Source: Armatimonadota bacterium
GTDB lineage: Bacteria; Sysuimicrobiota; Sysuimicrobiia; Sysuimicrobiales; Kaftiobacteriaceae
NCBI GenBank assembly: GCA_037440005.1
Contig: JBBIUY010000011.1
Coordinates: forward strand, 11,738 to 75,737
Direction of reading: 5' to 3'
DNA: 64,000 nt
The translations under genes were made by a program, and so were the position numbers. Below, in pieces: positions 37,340 to 45,591 of the stretch (position 1 is its first letter; every line of letters begins with the position of its first letter). A model generated the notes under the pieces. It was not told the origin of the DNA and did not search any database. It saw only the letters and a program-made list of their open reading frames with translations.

Positions 37340-38613
37340 GGACCGTTGCGGCGTTCATGGCCCGGGCGGTGGTCACCGCCTCTCCCGAGGAGACGGTGGC
37401 GGCGGTGGCCCGGCGCCTGGCGGAGCACCGCATCGGCGGGGCGCCGGTGGTGGGTGAAGACGGGCGGCTGGTGGGCATGGTGACCCTGCGGGACCTGGTC
37501 GGCCAGCCTCCCTACCGGCCCGTCCGCGAGGTGATGACCCGGCAGGTGGTGACGGTCTCCCCGGGCGAGCGGATCACCGACGCCTACGCCCTGATGGACC
37601 GCCACCGGGTGGGCCGGCTGCCGGTGGTGGACGACGCCGGGCGGGTGGTGGGGGTGGTGACCCGGGGCGACCTGCTGCAGGAACTGGGCCGCCTCACCGA
37701 CCCGCTCACCACTCTGCCCTGGTCCGGCACGCTGCGGCAGCAGGCGGCCGACCTGCTCAAGGCCGGGCGGGAGATCACCGTGCTGTTCATCGACCTGGAC
37801 GACTTCGGCCTGGTGAACAAGCTGTACGGGCACGTGGTGGGGGACCGGGTGATCCAGGCGGTGGCGGCTCTGCTGCGGGAGCACACCGACCCGTCCCGCG
37901 ACAGCCTCTGCCGGTACGCCGGCGACGAGTTCGCCGTCGTCTCCACCCGCACCGCCGCCGAGGCCACCGCGCTGGCCCGCCGCCTGCGGGAGGCCGTCCT
38001 GGCCCTGGACGTGCCGGGGGCGCCCCCGGGGGCCATCAGCGCCTCGGTGGGCATCGCCGGGGGCAAGCGCACGGCCGAGAGGCACGACATCCACTACGAG
38101 GCCACCGTGGACGACCTGCTGACGCTGGCCAGCCGGGCGTCCACCCTGGCCAAGCGCACCGAGGAGCGTATCCTCCACGGTACCCAGATTCCCCCGGTCC
38201 CGCCCCGGGCGCCGGCGCGGCGGGCGGCCATCCGCCGGATCGACCTGGGGGTGGAGGAGGGGCGGGGGACGGCCACGGTGGAGCTGGAGTGGGACGGCCG
38301 GCGGGCCACCGGGCGGGCGGCGGGGCCGGCGCTGGGCACCGCGGGGCTGGCGCTGCTGGTGAACGCCACGGTGACGGCCGCCCGGCAGTGGCTGCCTCCC
38401 CAGTGGGAGGTGGCGGTGGAGGAGATCTCCCGCACGCCCCTGGACCACGGGGAGGCGGTCCACACCCTGCTGGTGGCCGGCACGCCGTCGGGCGGTCCCC
38501 AGTACCTGCTGGGCTCGGCCCTGTTCACCGCCGACCCCCACGAGGCGGTGGTCCGGGCCACCATGAAGGCCGTCAACCGCATCCTGGCCCACGCGCACCG
38601 GATCGAGGGCTAA
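37336..38613 (+). CDS. CBS-pair + GGDEF + uncharacterised C-terminal domain protein
   Basis: Two CBS repeats; DPLT, IDLDDF, GHVVGD, RYAGDEF; about 130-aa alpha/beta C-terminal domain. Confidence 0.85.
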   Translation: MRTVAAFMARAVVTASPEETVAAVARRLAEHRIGGAPVVGEDGRLVGMVTLRDLVGQPPYRPVREVMTRQVVTVSPGERITDAYALMDRHRVGRLPVVDDAGRVVGVVTRGDLLQELGRLTDPLTTLPWSGTLRQQAADLLKAGREITVLFIDLDDFGLVNKLYGHVVGDRVIQAVAALLREHTDPSRDSLCRYAGDEFAVVSTRTAAEATALARRLREAVLALDVPGAPPGAISASVGIAGGKRTAERHDIHYEATVDDLLTLASRASTLAKRTEERILHGTQIPPVPPRAPARRAAIRRIDLGVEEGRGTATVELEWDGRRATGRAAGPALGTAGLALLVNATVTAARQWLPPQWEVAVEEISRTPLDHGEAVHTLLVAGTPSGGPQYLLGSALFTADPHEAVVRATMKAVNRILAHAHRIEG

Positions 38614-38650
38614 CCTGTCTCGCCGAGCTGCGGGGACGGAGGCGCCCCCG

Positions 38651-39961
38651 CTAGACCCGGCGGATCTCCACCCGGCCGATCCGGCGGCCGATGACCGTTT
38701 CCACGGTGAACTCCAGGTCGCCCACCCGAAAGCGAGTCCCGGGCTCGGGGATGGAGCCCAGGTGGTAGAAGATGAACCCGCCCAGGGTGGTGGCCTGCTC
38801 CCGGGGCAGGCTGATGCCCGCCAGGTCCTGCAGCGTCTGCAGGTCGATGGTGGCGTCCACCACGATCCGGTCGGGCTGGGCCAGGTGCACCAGGGGCGGC
38901 TGGGGCCGGGTCTCGCCGGGGATCTCGCCCACGATCTCTTCGATCAGGTCCTCGATGGTGACGATGCCGGCGGTGCTGCCGTACTCCTCCAGCACCACGG
39001 CCATCTGGGACCGGCCCGCCCGCATCTCCTCCAGCAGGTCCACCACCGGCTTGGTCTCCGGGACGTACAGGACCGGGCGCAGGGCGACGGTCACCGGCTG
39101 GTCGCCGCGGCCGTCGGCCAGATGGATCAGCAGGTCCTTGGCGTGCACGGCCCCCAGGATGTCGTCGCGGTCCTCTCCGGTGACCGGCAGGCGGGTGAAG
39201 CCGCGCTGCTTGACGACCTCCACCGCCTGCCGGACGGTGGCGGTGGCCGGGACGGCGACCACGGCCGTGCGGTGCACCATGACCTCGCCCACGGTCCGGT
39301 CGGTCAGGCGGAACACCCGCCGCACCAGGGACTCCTCCTCCCGGTCGACCACCCCGGCCCGCCGCGCTTCGCCCACCAGCATCACCAGGTCTTCCCGCTG
39401 GTAGGCCACGTGCCGTCCGGCCGGCGCCCGCAGGCCCACGAGGCGCAGGCCGGCGTTGGCCAGACCGTTGAGGGTCCAGATGAACGGGGCGAACACCCGG
39501 GCGAAGGCGGCCGTGGGCGGCACCGTCAGCAGGGCGATGGACTCGGGGTTCCACAGGGCCACGCTCTTCGGAGCCAGCTCGCCGGCGGTGATGTGCAGCG
39601 CGGTGATCAGGCCGAAGGCCGCCACCGCCGCCGCCGCGTGCAGGGCGGCCGGCTGCCAGGGGGCGGGGAGGGCGGCCAGGGCGGACTGCAGCAGGTCGGC
39701 CACGAACGGTTCGCCGATCCAGCCCAGCCCCAGGCTGGCCATGGTGATGCCCAGCTGGGTGGCGGCCACGAAGGGTTCGGGGTTCTCCACCGCCGCCTGC
39801 ACCAGGCGCGCCGTCCGCCCTCCCCGGCGCGCCAGCGACGCCACCCGGGTGCGCCGGGACGCCACGATGGCGAACTCGGCGGCCACGAACACGCCGTTGG
39901 CCGCCACCAGCGCCGCGACCACCAGCAGGCGGGCCAGGGTCACGCCTACATCCATCTCCAC
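38651..39961 (-). CDS. Hemolysin/CNNM (DUF21-CBS-CorC) family Mg/Co efflux protein
   Basis: NGVFVAAEFA, QLGIT, GELAPK, CBS pair, TTLGG. Confidence 0.92.
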   Translation of the reverse strand: MEMDVGVTLARLLVVAALVAANGVFVAAEFAIVASRRTRVASLARRGGRTARLVQAAVENPEPFVAATQLGITMASLGLGWIGEPFVADLLQSALAALPAPWQPAALHAAAAVAAFGLITALHITAGELAPKSVALWNPESIALLTVPPTAAFARVFAPFIWTLNGLANAGLRLVGLRAPAGRHVAYQREDLVMLVGEARRAGVVDREEESLVRRVFRLTDRTVGEVMVHRTAVVAVPATATVRQAVEVVKQRGFTRLPVTGEDRDDILGAVHAKDLLIHLADGRGDQPVTVALRPVLYVPETKPVVDLLEEMRAGRSQMAVVLEEYGSTAGIVTIEDLIEEIVGEIPGETRPQPPLVHLAQPDRIVVDATIDLQTLQDLAGISLPREQATTLGGFIFYHLGSIPEPGTRFRVGDLEFTVETVIGRRIGRVEIRRV

Positions 39962-40057
39962 GGTCCTCTCACCTCACTCGTCCCGCGGCCGCCGCTGCCG
40001 GGGCCGTGGGGGACAGGCCAGGAGAATTCCTTCGCGGTCCGCCCCGGGCGCCCCGCC

Positions 40058-40087
40058 TTGACGCTGCGGGACGAGGCGGCCTACAAT
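40058..40087 (+). promoter_or_regulatory. Sigma70-type promoter of the paa cluster
   Basis: TTGACG-18-TACAAT; GTG 7 nt downstream. Confidence 0.7.
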
Positions 40088-40094
40088 CGGGCAC

Positions 40095-41045
40095 GTGGAC
40101 GATCCCCCGCGCGACGGGCCTGAGGCCGAGGATCCCGACCGGGTGGCCGCCTTCACGGCCCGCATCGCCGCCGGCGAGCGCGTCGAGGCGGGAGAGTGGA
40201 TGCCCGCCCGCTACCGCGCCGAGTGCCTGCGCCTCATCCAGATGCACGCCCACTCGGAGCTGATGGGGGCCCTGCCCGAGCGGGAGTGGATTCCCCGGGC
40301 CCCGACCCTGCGCCGGAAGATGGCCCTGGTGGCCAAGGTCCAGGACGAGGTGGGCCACGCCCAGCTGCTGTACCGGGTGGCGGAGGATCTGGGCAAACCC
40401 CGCCGCCAGATGATCGAGGAGCTGCTGGCGGGGACCGCCCGGTTCCACAACGTCTTCCACTATCCCGCCCCCACCTGGGCGGACGTGGCGGTGATCCAGG
40501 TCTTCGTGGACGGCGCGGCCATGCAGACCCAGGGGGCGTTGCGGGCGTGCAGCTACGCCCCCTACGCCCGGGTGCTCAAGCGCATCTGCTACGAGGAAGA
40601 CTTTCACATCCGCCTGGGGCTGGACACCTTCCGGGCCCTGGCCGAGGGCACGCCCCGGCAGCGGGCGATGCTGCAGGACGCGCTGAACCGCTGGTGGCAG
40701 CCCCTGATGCACTTCTTCGGACCCCGGGACCACGCCTCGCCGCACCTGGAGACGATGATGCGCTGGCGGATCAAGGTGAAGACCAACGACGAGCTCCGCC
40801 AGCAGTTCTTGCGCCAGTTCGTTCCCGTGATCACCGAGTACGGCCTGCAGGTGCCCGACCCGCACCTGCGGTGGAACGAGGCGCAGCAGCGCTACGACTA
40901 CGGCGAACCCGACTGGGAGGAGTTCCGCCGGGTGATCCGGGGGGAGGGGCCCCAGACCGCGGCCCGGCTGGCCGTGCGGCGGGAGGCCTGGCGGATGCAC
41001 CAGTGGGTGCGGGAGGCGATGGACGCGTGGGGGCTGGCGGCCTGA
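40095..41045 (+). CDS. paaA: Phenylacetyl-CoA epoxidase catalytic subunit
   Basis: WMP..YR, HAHSE, KVQDEVGH, CSY.PYAR, EEDFH, IK.KTNDELRQ. Confidence 0.93.
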   Translation: MDDPPRDGPEAEDPDRVAAFTARIAAGERVEAGEWMPARYRAECLRLIQMHAHSELMGALPEREWIPRAPTLRRKMALVAKVQDEVGHAQLLYRVAEDLGKPRRQMIEELLAGTARFHNVFHYPAPTWADVAVIQVFVDGAAMQTQGALRACSYAPYARVLKRICYEEDFHIRLGLDTFRALAEGTPRQRAMLQDALNRWWQPLMHFFGPRDHASPHLETMMRWRIKVKTNDELRQQFLRQFVPVITEYGLQVPDPHLRWNEAQQRYDYGEPDWEEFRRVIRGEGPQTAARLAVRREAWRMHQWVREAMDAWGLAA

Positions 41046-41068
41046 GGGAGTCCACCGGACTGTCCCCG

Positions 41069-41566
41069 GTGCACCTGTACGCCTACCTGGAGCAGGCGCG
41101 GGCCCGGCTGCTGCGGTGGGTGAGCGGGCTGACCGACGAGCAGTACACCCGCGAGTTCCCCTTCGGGCACCGGTCCATCCGGGCCACCCTGGTGCACACG
41201 GCGTCGGCCGAGTGGGCCTACGGGAGACGGCTGCGCGGGGAGGACGTGCCCCCGCCCGAGGAGCGGCCGTTCGCCCGCTTCGCCCGGACGGGACCCCATC
41301 CCCTGGTGGCGGCGTGGGAGGAGCTGGCGGCGCAGACCCGCCAGACCCTGGCTGCCGTCTCGGACTGGGCCGCGCCGGTGGAGTACACGGCCCTGGACGG
41401 AACCCGCATCCGCACCACCACCGGCGGCATCGCCGCCCAGATGCTGTTTCACGAGGTTCACCACCGGGCCCAGGTGATGGCCATGCTGCGCCAGTGCGGC
41501 GTGCCCGCCCAGGACCTGGACTACTCGATCCTGATGTTCGAGCGCCTGCCCGCTCCGGCGGGGTGA
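41069..41566 (+). CDS. DinB/YfiT family protein (start uncertain; CTG at 41042 or 41060 possible)
   Basis: SIRATLVH...E, HEVHHRAQV..MLRQ.G..DLD. Confidence 0.85.
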   Translation: MHLYAYLEQARARLLRWVSGLTDEQYTREFPFGHRSIRATLVHTASAEWAYGRRLRGEDVPPPEERPFARFARTGPHPLVAAWEELAAQTRQTLAAVSDWAAPVEYTALDGTRIRTTTGGIAAQMLFHEVHHRAQVMAMLRQCGVPAQDLDYSILMFERLPAPAG

Positions 41567-41576
41567 GGGAGGACCC

Positions 41577-41906
41577 ATGCCCCGCCTGGTGGACCTGCTG
41601 GGCACGCCCCCGGAGGAGGCGTCCCGCCTGTTTGCGGTGTTCCGCCAGGAGGCCCGGGGCGAGCCCCACGTCCACGTGGGCGACGTGCACGCGCCCGACG
41701 CCGAGATGGCGCTGCTGCTGGCCAAGGAGCAGTTCACCCGTCGCGACCCCTGCGTGAGCCTGTGGGTGGTGCCATACCCGTCCATCACCGCCACCGCCTA
41801 CGACGACGCCGACCTGTTCACCCCCGCCACCGACCGCAGCTACCGGTTCGGCGAGTCCTACCGCGAGCAGCGGCGCCCTCCGCGCCCGCGCCCGATGCGG
41901 CGGTGA
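41577..41906 (+). CDS. paaB: Phenylacetyl-CoA epoxidase subunit B
   Basis: HVHVG.VHAPDAEMAL, RR...SLWVV, YR. Confidence 0.9.
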   Translation: MPRLVDLLGTPPEEASRLFAVFRQEARGEPHVHVGDVHAPDAEMALLLAKEQFTRRDPCVSLWVVPYPSITATAYDDADLFTPATDRSYRFGESYREQRRPPRPRPMRR

Positions 41907-42688
41907 CCGCCCTGGCCGACCTGCCCGCCCTGCAGGATCCCGCGACCCGGGAGGCGCTGGCCGAGGTCCTGCTGGCGGTGGCCGACGACGAGCTGGTGAT
42001 CGGCCACCGCCACGCCGAGTGGACGGGCCTGGGACCCGACATCGAGTCCGACGTGGCCCTGTCCAGCATCGCCCAGGAGGAACTGGGCCATGCCCGCCTG
42101 TTCTACGAGCGGGTGGCCGACCTGCGGGGCACCGACCCCGACACCCTGGCCTACGGCCGGACGGCGGAGGAGTTCCGCAACAGCGCGCTGGTGGAACGGC
42201 CTAACGGCGACTGGGCGGAGACGCTAGTGCGCCTGGTCCTGTACGAACACGCCGAGCAGGTGCGCCTGGACGCCCTGGCCGCGTGCTCCCTGGCGCCTGT
42301 GGCCGAGCTGGCCGCCGCGGTCCGGCGCGAGGAGCGGTATCATCGGATGTACGGGGAGCAGTGGCTGCGCCGCCTGGCCGCCGCCACCGCCAGCAGCCGC
42401 GCGCGGGTGCAGGAGGCGGTGGAGCGGGTCTGGCCCGATGCGGCGGACCTGTGGGAGCCCACGGCCGGGCTGCACGTTCTGGCGCGCATCCTGCCGGTCG
42501 ACCCGCCGGGGCTGCGGTCCCGGTGGCGGGAGGCGGTGACGGCGTCTCTGGCGGCGGCGGGGTTGGTGCCGGGGCCGGAGCCGCCCCCGGGTCCGGGCGG
42601 GCGGTCGGGCCGGCACACGGCCCACCTGCGGCAGGTGCTGGACGAGATGACCTCGGTGTGGCGCCTGGAGCCCGGCGCCCGCTGGTAG
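41903..42688 (+). CDS. paaC: Phenylacetyl-CoA epoxidase subunit C
   Basis: ADDELVIGHR..EW, IAQEELGHA, FRN..LVE.PNGDW, GR.GRH. Confidence 0.92.
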   Translation: MTALADLPALQDPATREALAEVLLAVADDELVIGHRHAEWTGLGPDIESDVALSSIAQEELGHARLFYERVADLRGTDPDTLAYGRTAEEFRNSALVERPNGDWAETLVRLVLYEHAEQVRLDALAACSLAPVAELAAAVRREERYHRMYGEQWLRRLAAATASSRARVQEAVERVWPDAADLWEPTAGLHVLARILPVDPPGLRSRWREAVTASLAAAGLVPGPEPPPGPGGRSGRHTAHLRQVLDEMTSVWRLEPGARW

Positions 42689-42698
42689 GGGGTCGGAG

Positions 42699-43172
42699 AT
42701 GGCGACATCCGATGAGGCCCTGCGGGTGCAGGTGTGGGAGGTCCTGGCCACCATCTGGGACCCGGAACTGCCGGTGACCGTCACCGACCTGGGCCTGATC
42801 GAGGCGGTGGAGATCCAAGACGGCCGGGTGCGGGTGGAGATGATCCCCACCTATACCGGCTGCCCGGCGCTGGAGGTGATGCGTCAGGAGATCGACGCCC
42901 GGCTGCGGGCCCTGCCCGGCGTGCGGGAAGTCGCCGTGCAGATGTCCTACGCCCGGCCGTGGACGGTCGGGCGCCTCAGCCCCGCGGGCCGGCGTGGCCT
43001 GCGCCGCCACGGGCTGGGCGTGGCGCAGCCCCCGGCGCCGGTGCGCTGCCCGGTGTGCGGGTCGGCCAACACCGTCCTGGAGAACCCGTTCGGGCCGACC
43101 CCGTGCCGGGCCATCGCCTACTGCCGGGACTGCCGCAACCCGCTGGAGTACGTCCGCGGGCCGGCGGACTGA
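42699..43172 (+). CDS. paaD: Phenylacetyl-CoA epoxidase subunit D
   Basis: DPELP, PTYTGCPA, CPVCGS, FGPTPC, CRDC. Confidence 0.92.
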   Translation: MATSDEALRVQVWEVLATIWDPELPVTVTDLGLIEAVEIQDGRVRVEMIPTYTGCPALEVMRQEIDARLRALPGVREVAVQMSYARPWTVGRLSPAGRRGLRRHGLGVAQPPAPVRCPVCGSANTVLENPFGPTPCRAIAYCRDCRNPLEYVRGPAD

Positions 43173-43198
43173 CCGACGCCCCCGCGAGGGCCCACCGT

Positions 43199-43396
43199 AT
43201 GCAGCTCCGCGATCGAGGCACCGACCGCCGCGGCCGGCCGCTGACGGCCGGCGCGCAGGTCCGCGTCCTGGCAGAGCCGGGACACCCCGAAGGGACCGTG
43301 GTCCGGGTCCTGCCGCGCTATCACGTGGTCGTGGTGGCGCTGCGCTCACCCGCCGTCGAGCGGATGTACCCGGCAGACCAGGTGGAGGTTCTGTAA
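43199..43396 (+). CDS. Small hypothetical protein (SH3/KOW-like pattern)
   Basis: 65 aa, G..VRV...GTVVRV beta-rich pattern; GAGGG upstream. Confidence 0.55.
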   Translation: MQLRDRGTDRRGRPLTAGAQVRVLAEPGHPEGTVVRVLPRYHVVVVALRSPAVERMYPADQVEVL

Positions 43397-43479
43397 ATCT
43401 CCGTCCGTCCCCGGGGAGGGGTGCCCGCCGGCGCCGAAGTCCGGACGCGCCGGCGCGCGTTCGCGGGCTGGCGGGCGCA

Positions 43480-43507
43480 AGTTAACATAACAGACATTAT
43501 CGGAACT
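43480..43507 (-). other. dif: Chromosomal dif site (XerCD recombination site)
   Basis: Minus strand AGTTCCGATAA-TGTCTG-TTATGTTAACT: 11-6-11 layout, XerD arm TTATGTTAA; AT-rich island at the gene-orientation switch. Confidence 0.88.
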
Positions 43508-43539
43508 AGCCCGGAGTGTCGGGCGCGCCTCTCCCGTAG

Positions 43540-43553
43540 CGAACAGGTGTTTG
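43540..43553 (+). promoter_or_regulatory. LexA SOS box (GAAC-N4-GTTY type)
   Basis: CGAACAGGTGTTTG overlapping the lexA -35. Confidence 0.8.
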
Positions 43554-43579
43554 CCAAAAAGGATCCCCCGTGCTACAAT
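43551..43579 (+). promoter_or_regulatory. lexA promoter
   Basis: TTGCCA-17-TACAAT with extended -10 TG. Confidence 0.75.
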
Positions 43580-43637
43580 GACCGTCGCCGGAGGGGCGCG
43601 TGGGGGGACGGTCCGCCCACCCCCGGGGCGGCAGCCG

Positions 43638-44252
43638 ATGAGCAGGGGTCTGACGCGACGCCAGCGGGAAATCCTCGCCTTCGTCCAGCGCTACACCGAA
43701 GCGCACGGGTACCCTCCGTCGGTCCGCGAGATCGGCCAGGCCCTGGGGCTGACCAGTAGCTCGACGGTGCACAGCCACCTGTCGGCTCTGGAAAAGAAAG
43801 GCTACCTCCGCCGCGACCCCAGCAAGCCGCGGGCCCTGGAGGTCCTGCGGGACGAGCGGGAGGTGCCGGCCAAGAAGGTGGTCCCCGTCCCGGTGGTCGG
43901 CCGCGTGACCGCCGGAGAGCCGATCCTGGCCCAGCAGAACATCGAGGACTACCTGCCCCTTCCCGCCGACCTCGCCGGGGGCGGGGAGTGCTTTTTGCTG
44001 CACGTGCGCGGGGACAGCATGATCGGCGCCGGGATCTACGACGGGGACCTGCTGCTGGTCCGCCGCCAGCCCACCGCCCGCAACGGCGACATCGTGGTCG
44101 CCCGCCTGGAGGACGAGGCCACCGTCAAACGCTTCTACCGAGAGGCCGACCGCATCCGCCTGCAGCCCGAGAACCCCGCCCTGGAGCCCCTGTACGTCCG
44201 CGACGTGGTCATCGAGGGGGTCGCCGTCGCCCTGATCCGCCGGCTGGCCTGA
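43638..44252 (+). CDS. lexA: SOS repressor LexA
   Basis: [21 protein letters not shown] cleavage site, GDSM, TVKRF. Confidence 0.96.
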   Translation: MSRGLTRRQREILAFVQRYTEAHGYPPSVREIGQALGLTSSSTVHSHLSALEKKGYLRRDPSKPRALEVLRDEREVPAKKVVPVPVVGRVTAGEPILAQQNIEDYLPLPADLAGGGECFLLHVRGDSMIGAGIYDGDLLLVRRQPTARNGDIVVARLEDEATVKRFYREADRIRLQPENPALEPLYVRDVVIEGVAVALIRRLA

Positions 44253-44280
44253 GCCCGGGACACCCGCGCCCGCCTGCGGC

Positions 44281-45591
44281 CTACGGTGCGCCCGGTCCCG
44301 CCAGGTGCGCCCGCAGCTGCTGGGCCTGGATGGTGGGCAGCTCGGCTTCCACGGCGATCCCCTGGGCGCCGTACTCCTGGCGGAGGATCCGTCCCCGGCT
44401 GAACAGGACCTCCAGCGCGCCGGCCCGGTCGTACGGCACCACCACCCGGACCCGTTCCACGGGCTCGGGCAGGCGCTGGGCGATGCGGCGCAGGAGGTTG
44501 ACCAGGCCCACCCGGTGCAGGGCGGAAATCGGCACCCCCTCCCCCACCTCCGCGGCGACCTCCCGGACCCGGGACGGGGGCACCCGGTCGATCTTGTTCA
44601 CCGCGTGCACCGTCGGCTTGTCGGCGGCGCCCAGCTCGGCCAGGACCGTCCGGACGGCCCGCACCTGGTCGCGCCAGTCAGGGTGGCTGGCGTCCACCAC
44701 GTGGACCAGCAGGTCGGCCTCGGTGACCTCCTCCAAAGTGGCCCGGAACGCGGCCACCAGCTGGTGCGGCAGGCGGGAGAGAAATCCCACGGTGTCCACC
44801 AGCAGCACCGGGCGGCCGTTGGGCAGGGTGACGCGGCGGACGGTGGGGTCGAGGGTGGCGAACAGCGTGTCCTCGGTGAACACCCCGGCCTCGGTCAGGG
44901 CGTTGAGCAGCGTGGACTTGCCCGCGTTGGTGTAGCCCACCAGCGCCACCACCGGGAACTGGGCCTGGCGGCGCGCCTGGCGCTGCAGGGCCCGGTGGCG
45001 GCTGATCTCGGCGATCTCCCGGCGCAGGTCGGTGATGCGCCGGCGGATCCGGCGGCGGTCCACCTCCAGCTTGGTCTCGCCCGGGCCGCGGGTGCCGATG
45101 CCGCCGCCCAGGCGGGACAGCCACACGCCCCGCCCGGCCAGGCGCGGCAGCAGGTAGATCATCTGGGCCAGCTCCACCTGCAGGCGGCCTTCCCGGGTCC
45201 GCGCCCGGCGCGCGAAGATGTCCAGGACCAGGGCCGTGCGGTCCACCACCTTGGTCTGCAGCCGTCGTTCCAGGTTGCGCTGCTGGGCGGGGGTCAGCTC
45301 GTCGTCCACGATCACCAGCGTGGCGTCCAGCTCGTACAGCAAGGCGGCCAGCTCGTCCACCTTGCCGGCGCCGAGGAAGGTGGCGGGGTCGGGGGCGGCG
45401 CGCTTCTGCACCACCGTGCCGACCACCACCGCGCCAGCGGACTCGGCCAGGCGGGCCAGTTCCTCCAGGTCCGGGGCCGACTCCCACCCGGGCCGGTGCA
45501 GGGCCACCAGGATGGCCCGCTCGGGCTCCCCGGCGCGGGGACGCCGGACGGCGTCGGTGTCGGCGCGGCCGTCTAGCCGCGGGCGGCCGAT
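44281..45591 (-). CDS. hflX: GTPase HflX (possible ATC start at 45591; first GTG at 45507)
   Basis: LDIFA.RA.TREG, GIGTRGPGETKLE.DRR, GYTNAGKST, DTVGF. Confidence 0.93.
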   Translation of the reverse strand: MGRPRLDGRADTDAVRRPRAGEPERAILVALHRPGWESAPDLEELARLAESAGAVVVGTVVQKRAAPDPATFLGAGKVDELAALLYELDATLVIVDDELTPAQQRNLERRLQTKVVDRTALVLDIFARRARTREGRLQVELAQMIYLLPRLAGRGVWLSRLGGGIGTRGPGETKLEVDRRRIRRRITDLRREIAEISRHRALQRQARRQAQFPVVALVGYTNAGKSTLLNALTEAGVFTEDTLFATLDPTVRRVTLPNGRPVLLVDTVGFLSRLPHQLVAAFRATLEEVTEADLLVHVVDASHPDWRDQVRAVRTVLAELGAADKPTVHAVNKIDRVPPSRVREVAAEVGEGVPISALHRVGLVNLLRRIAQRLPEPVERVRVVVPYDRAGALEVLFSRGRILRQEYGAQGIAVEAELPTIQAQQLRAHLAGPGAP

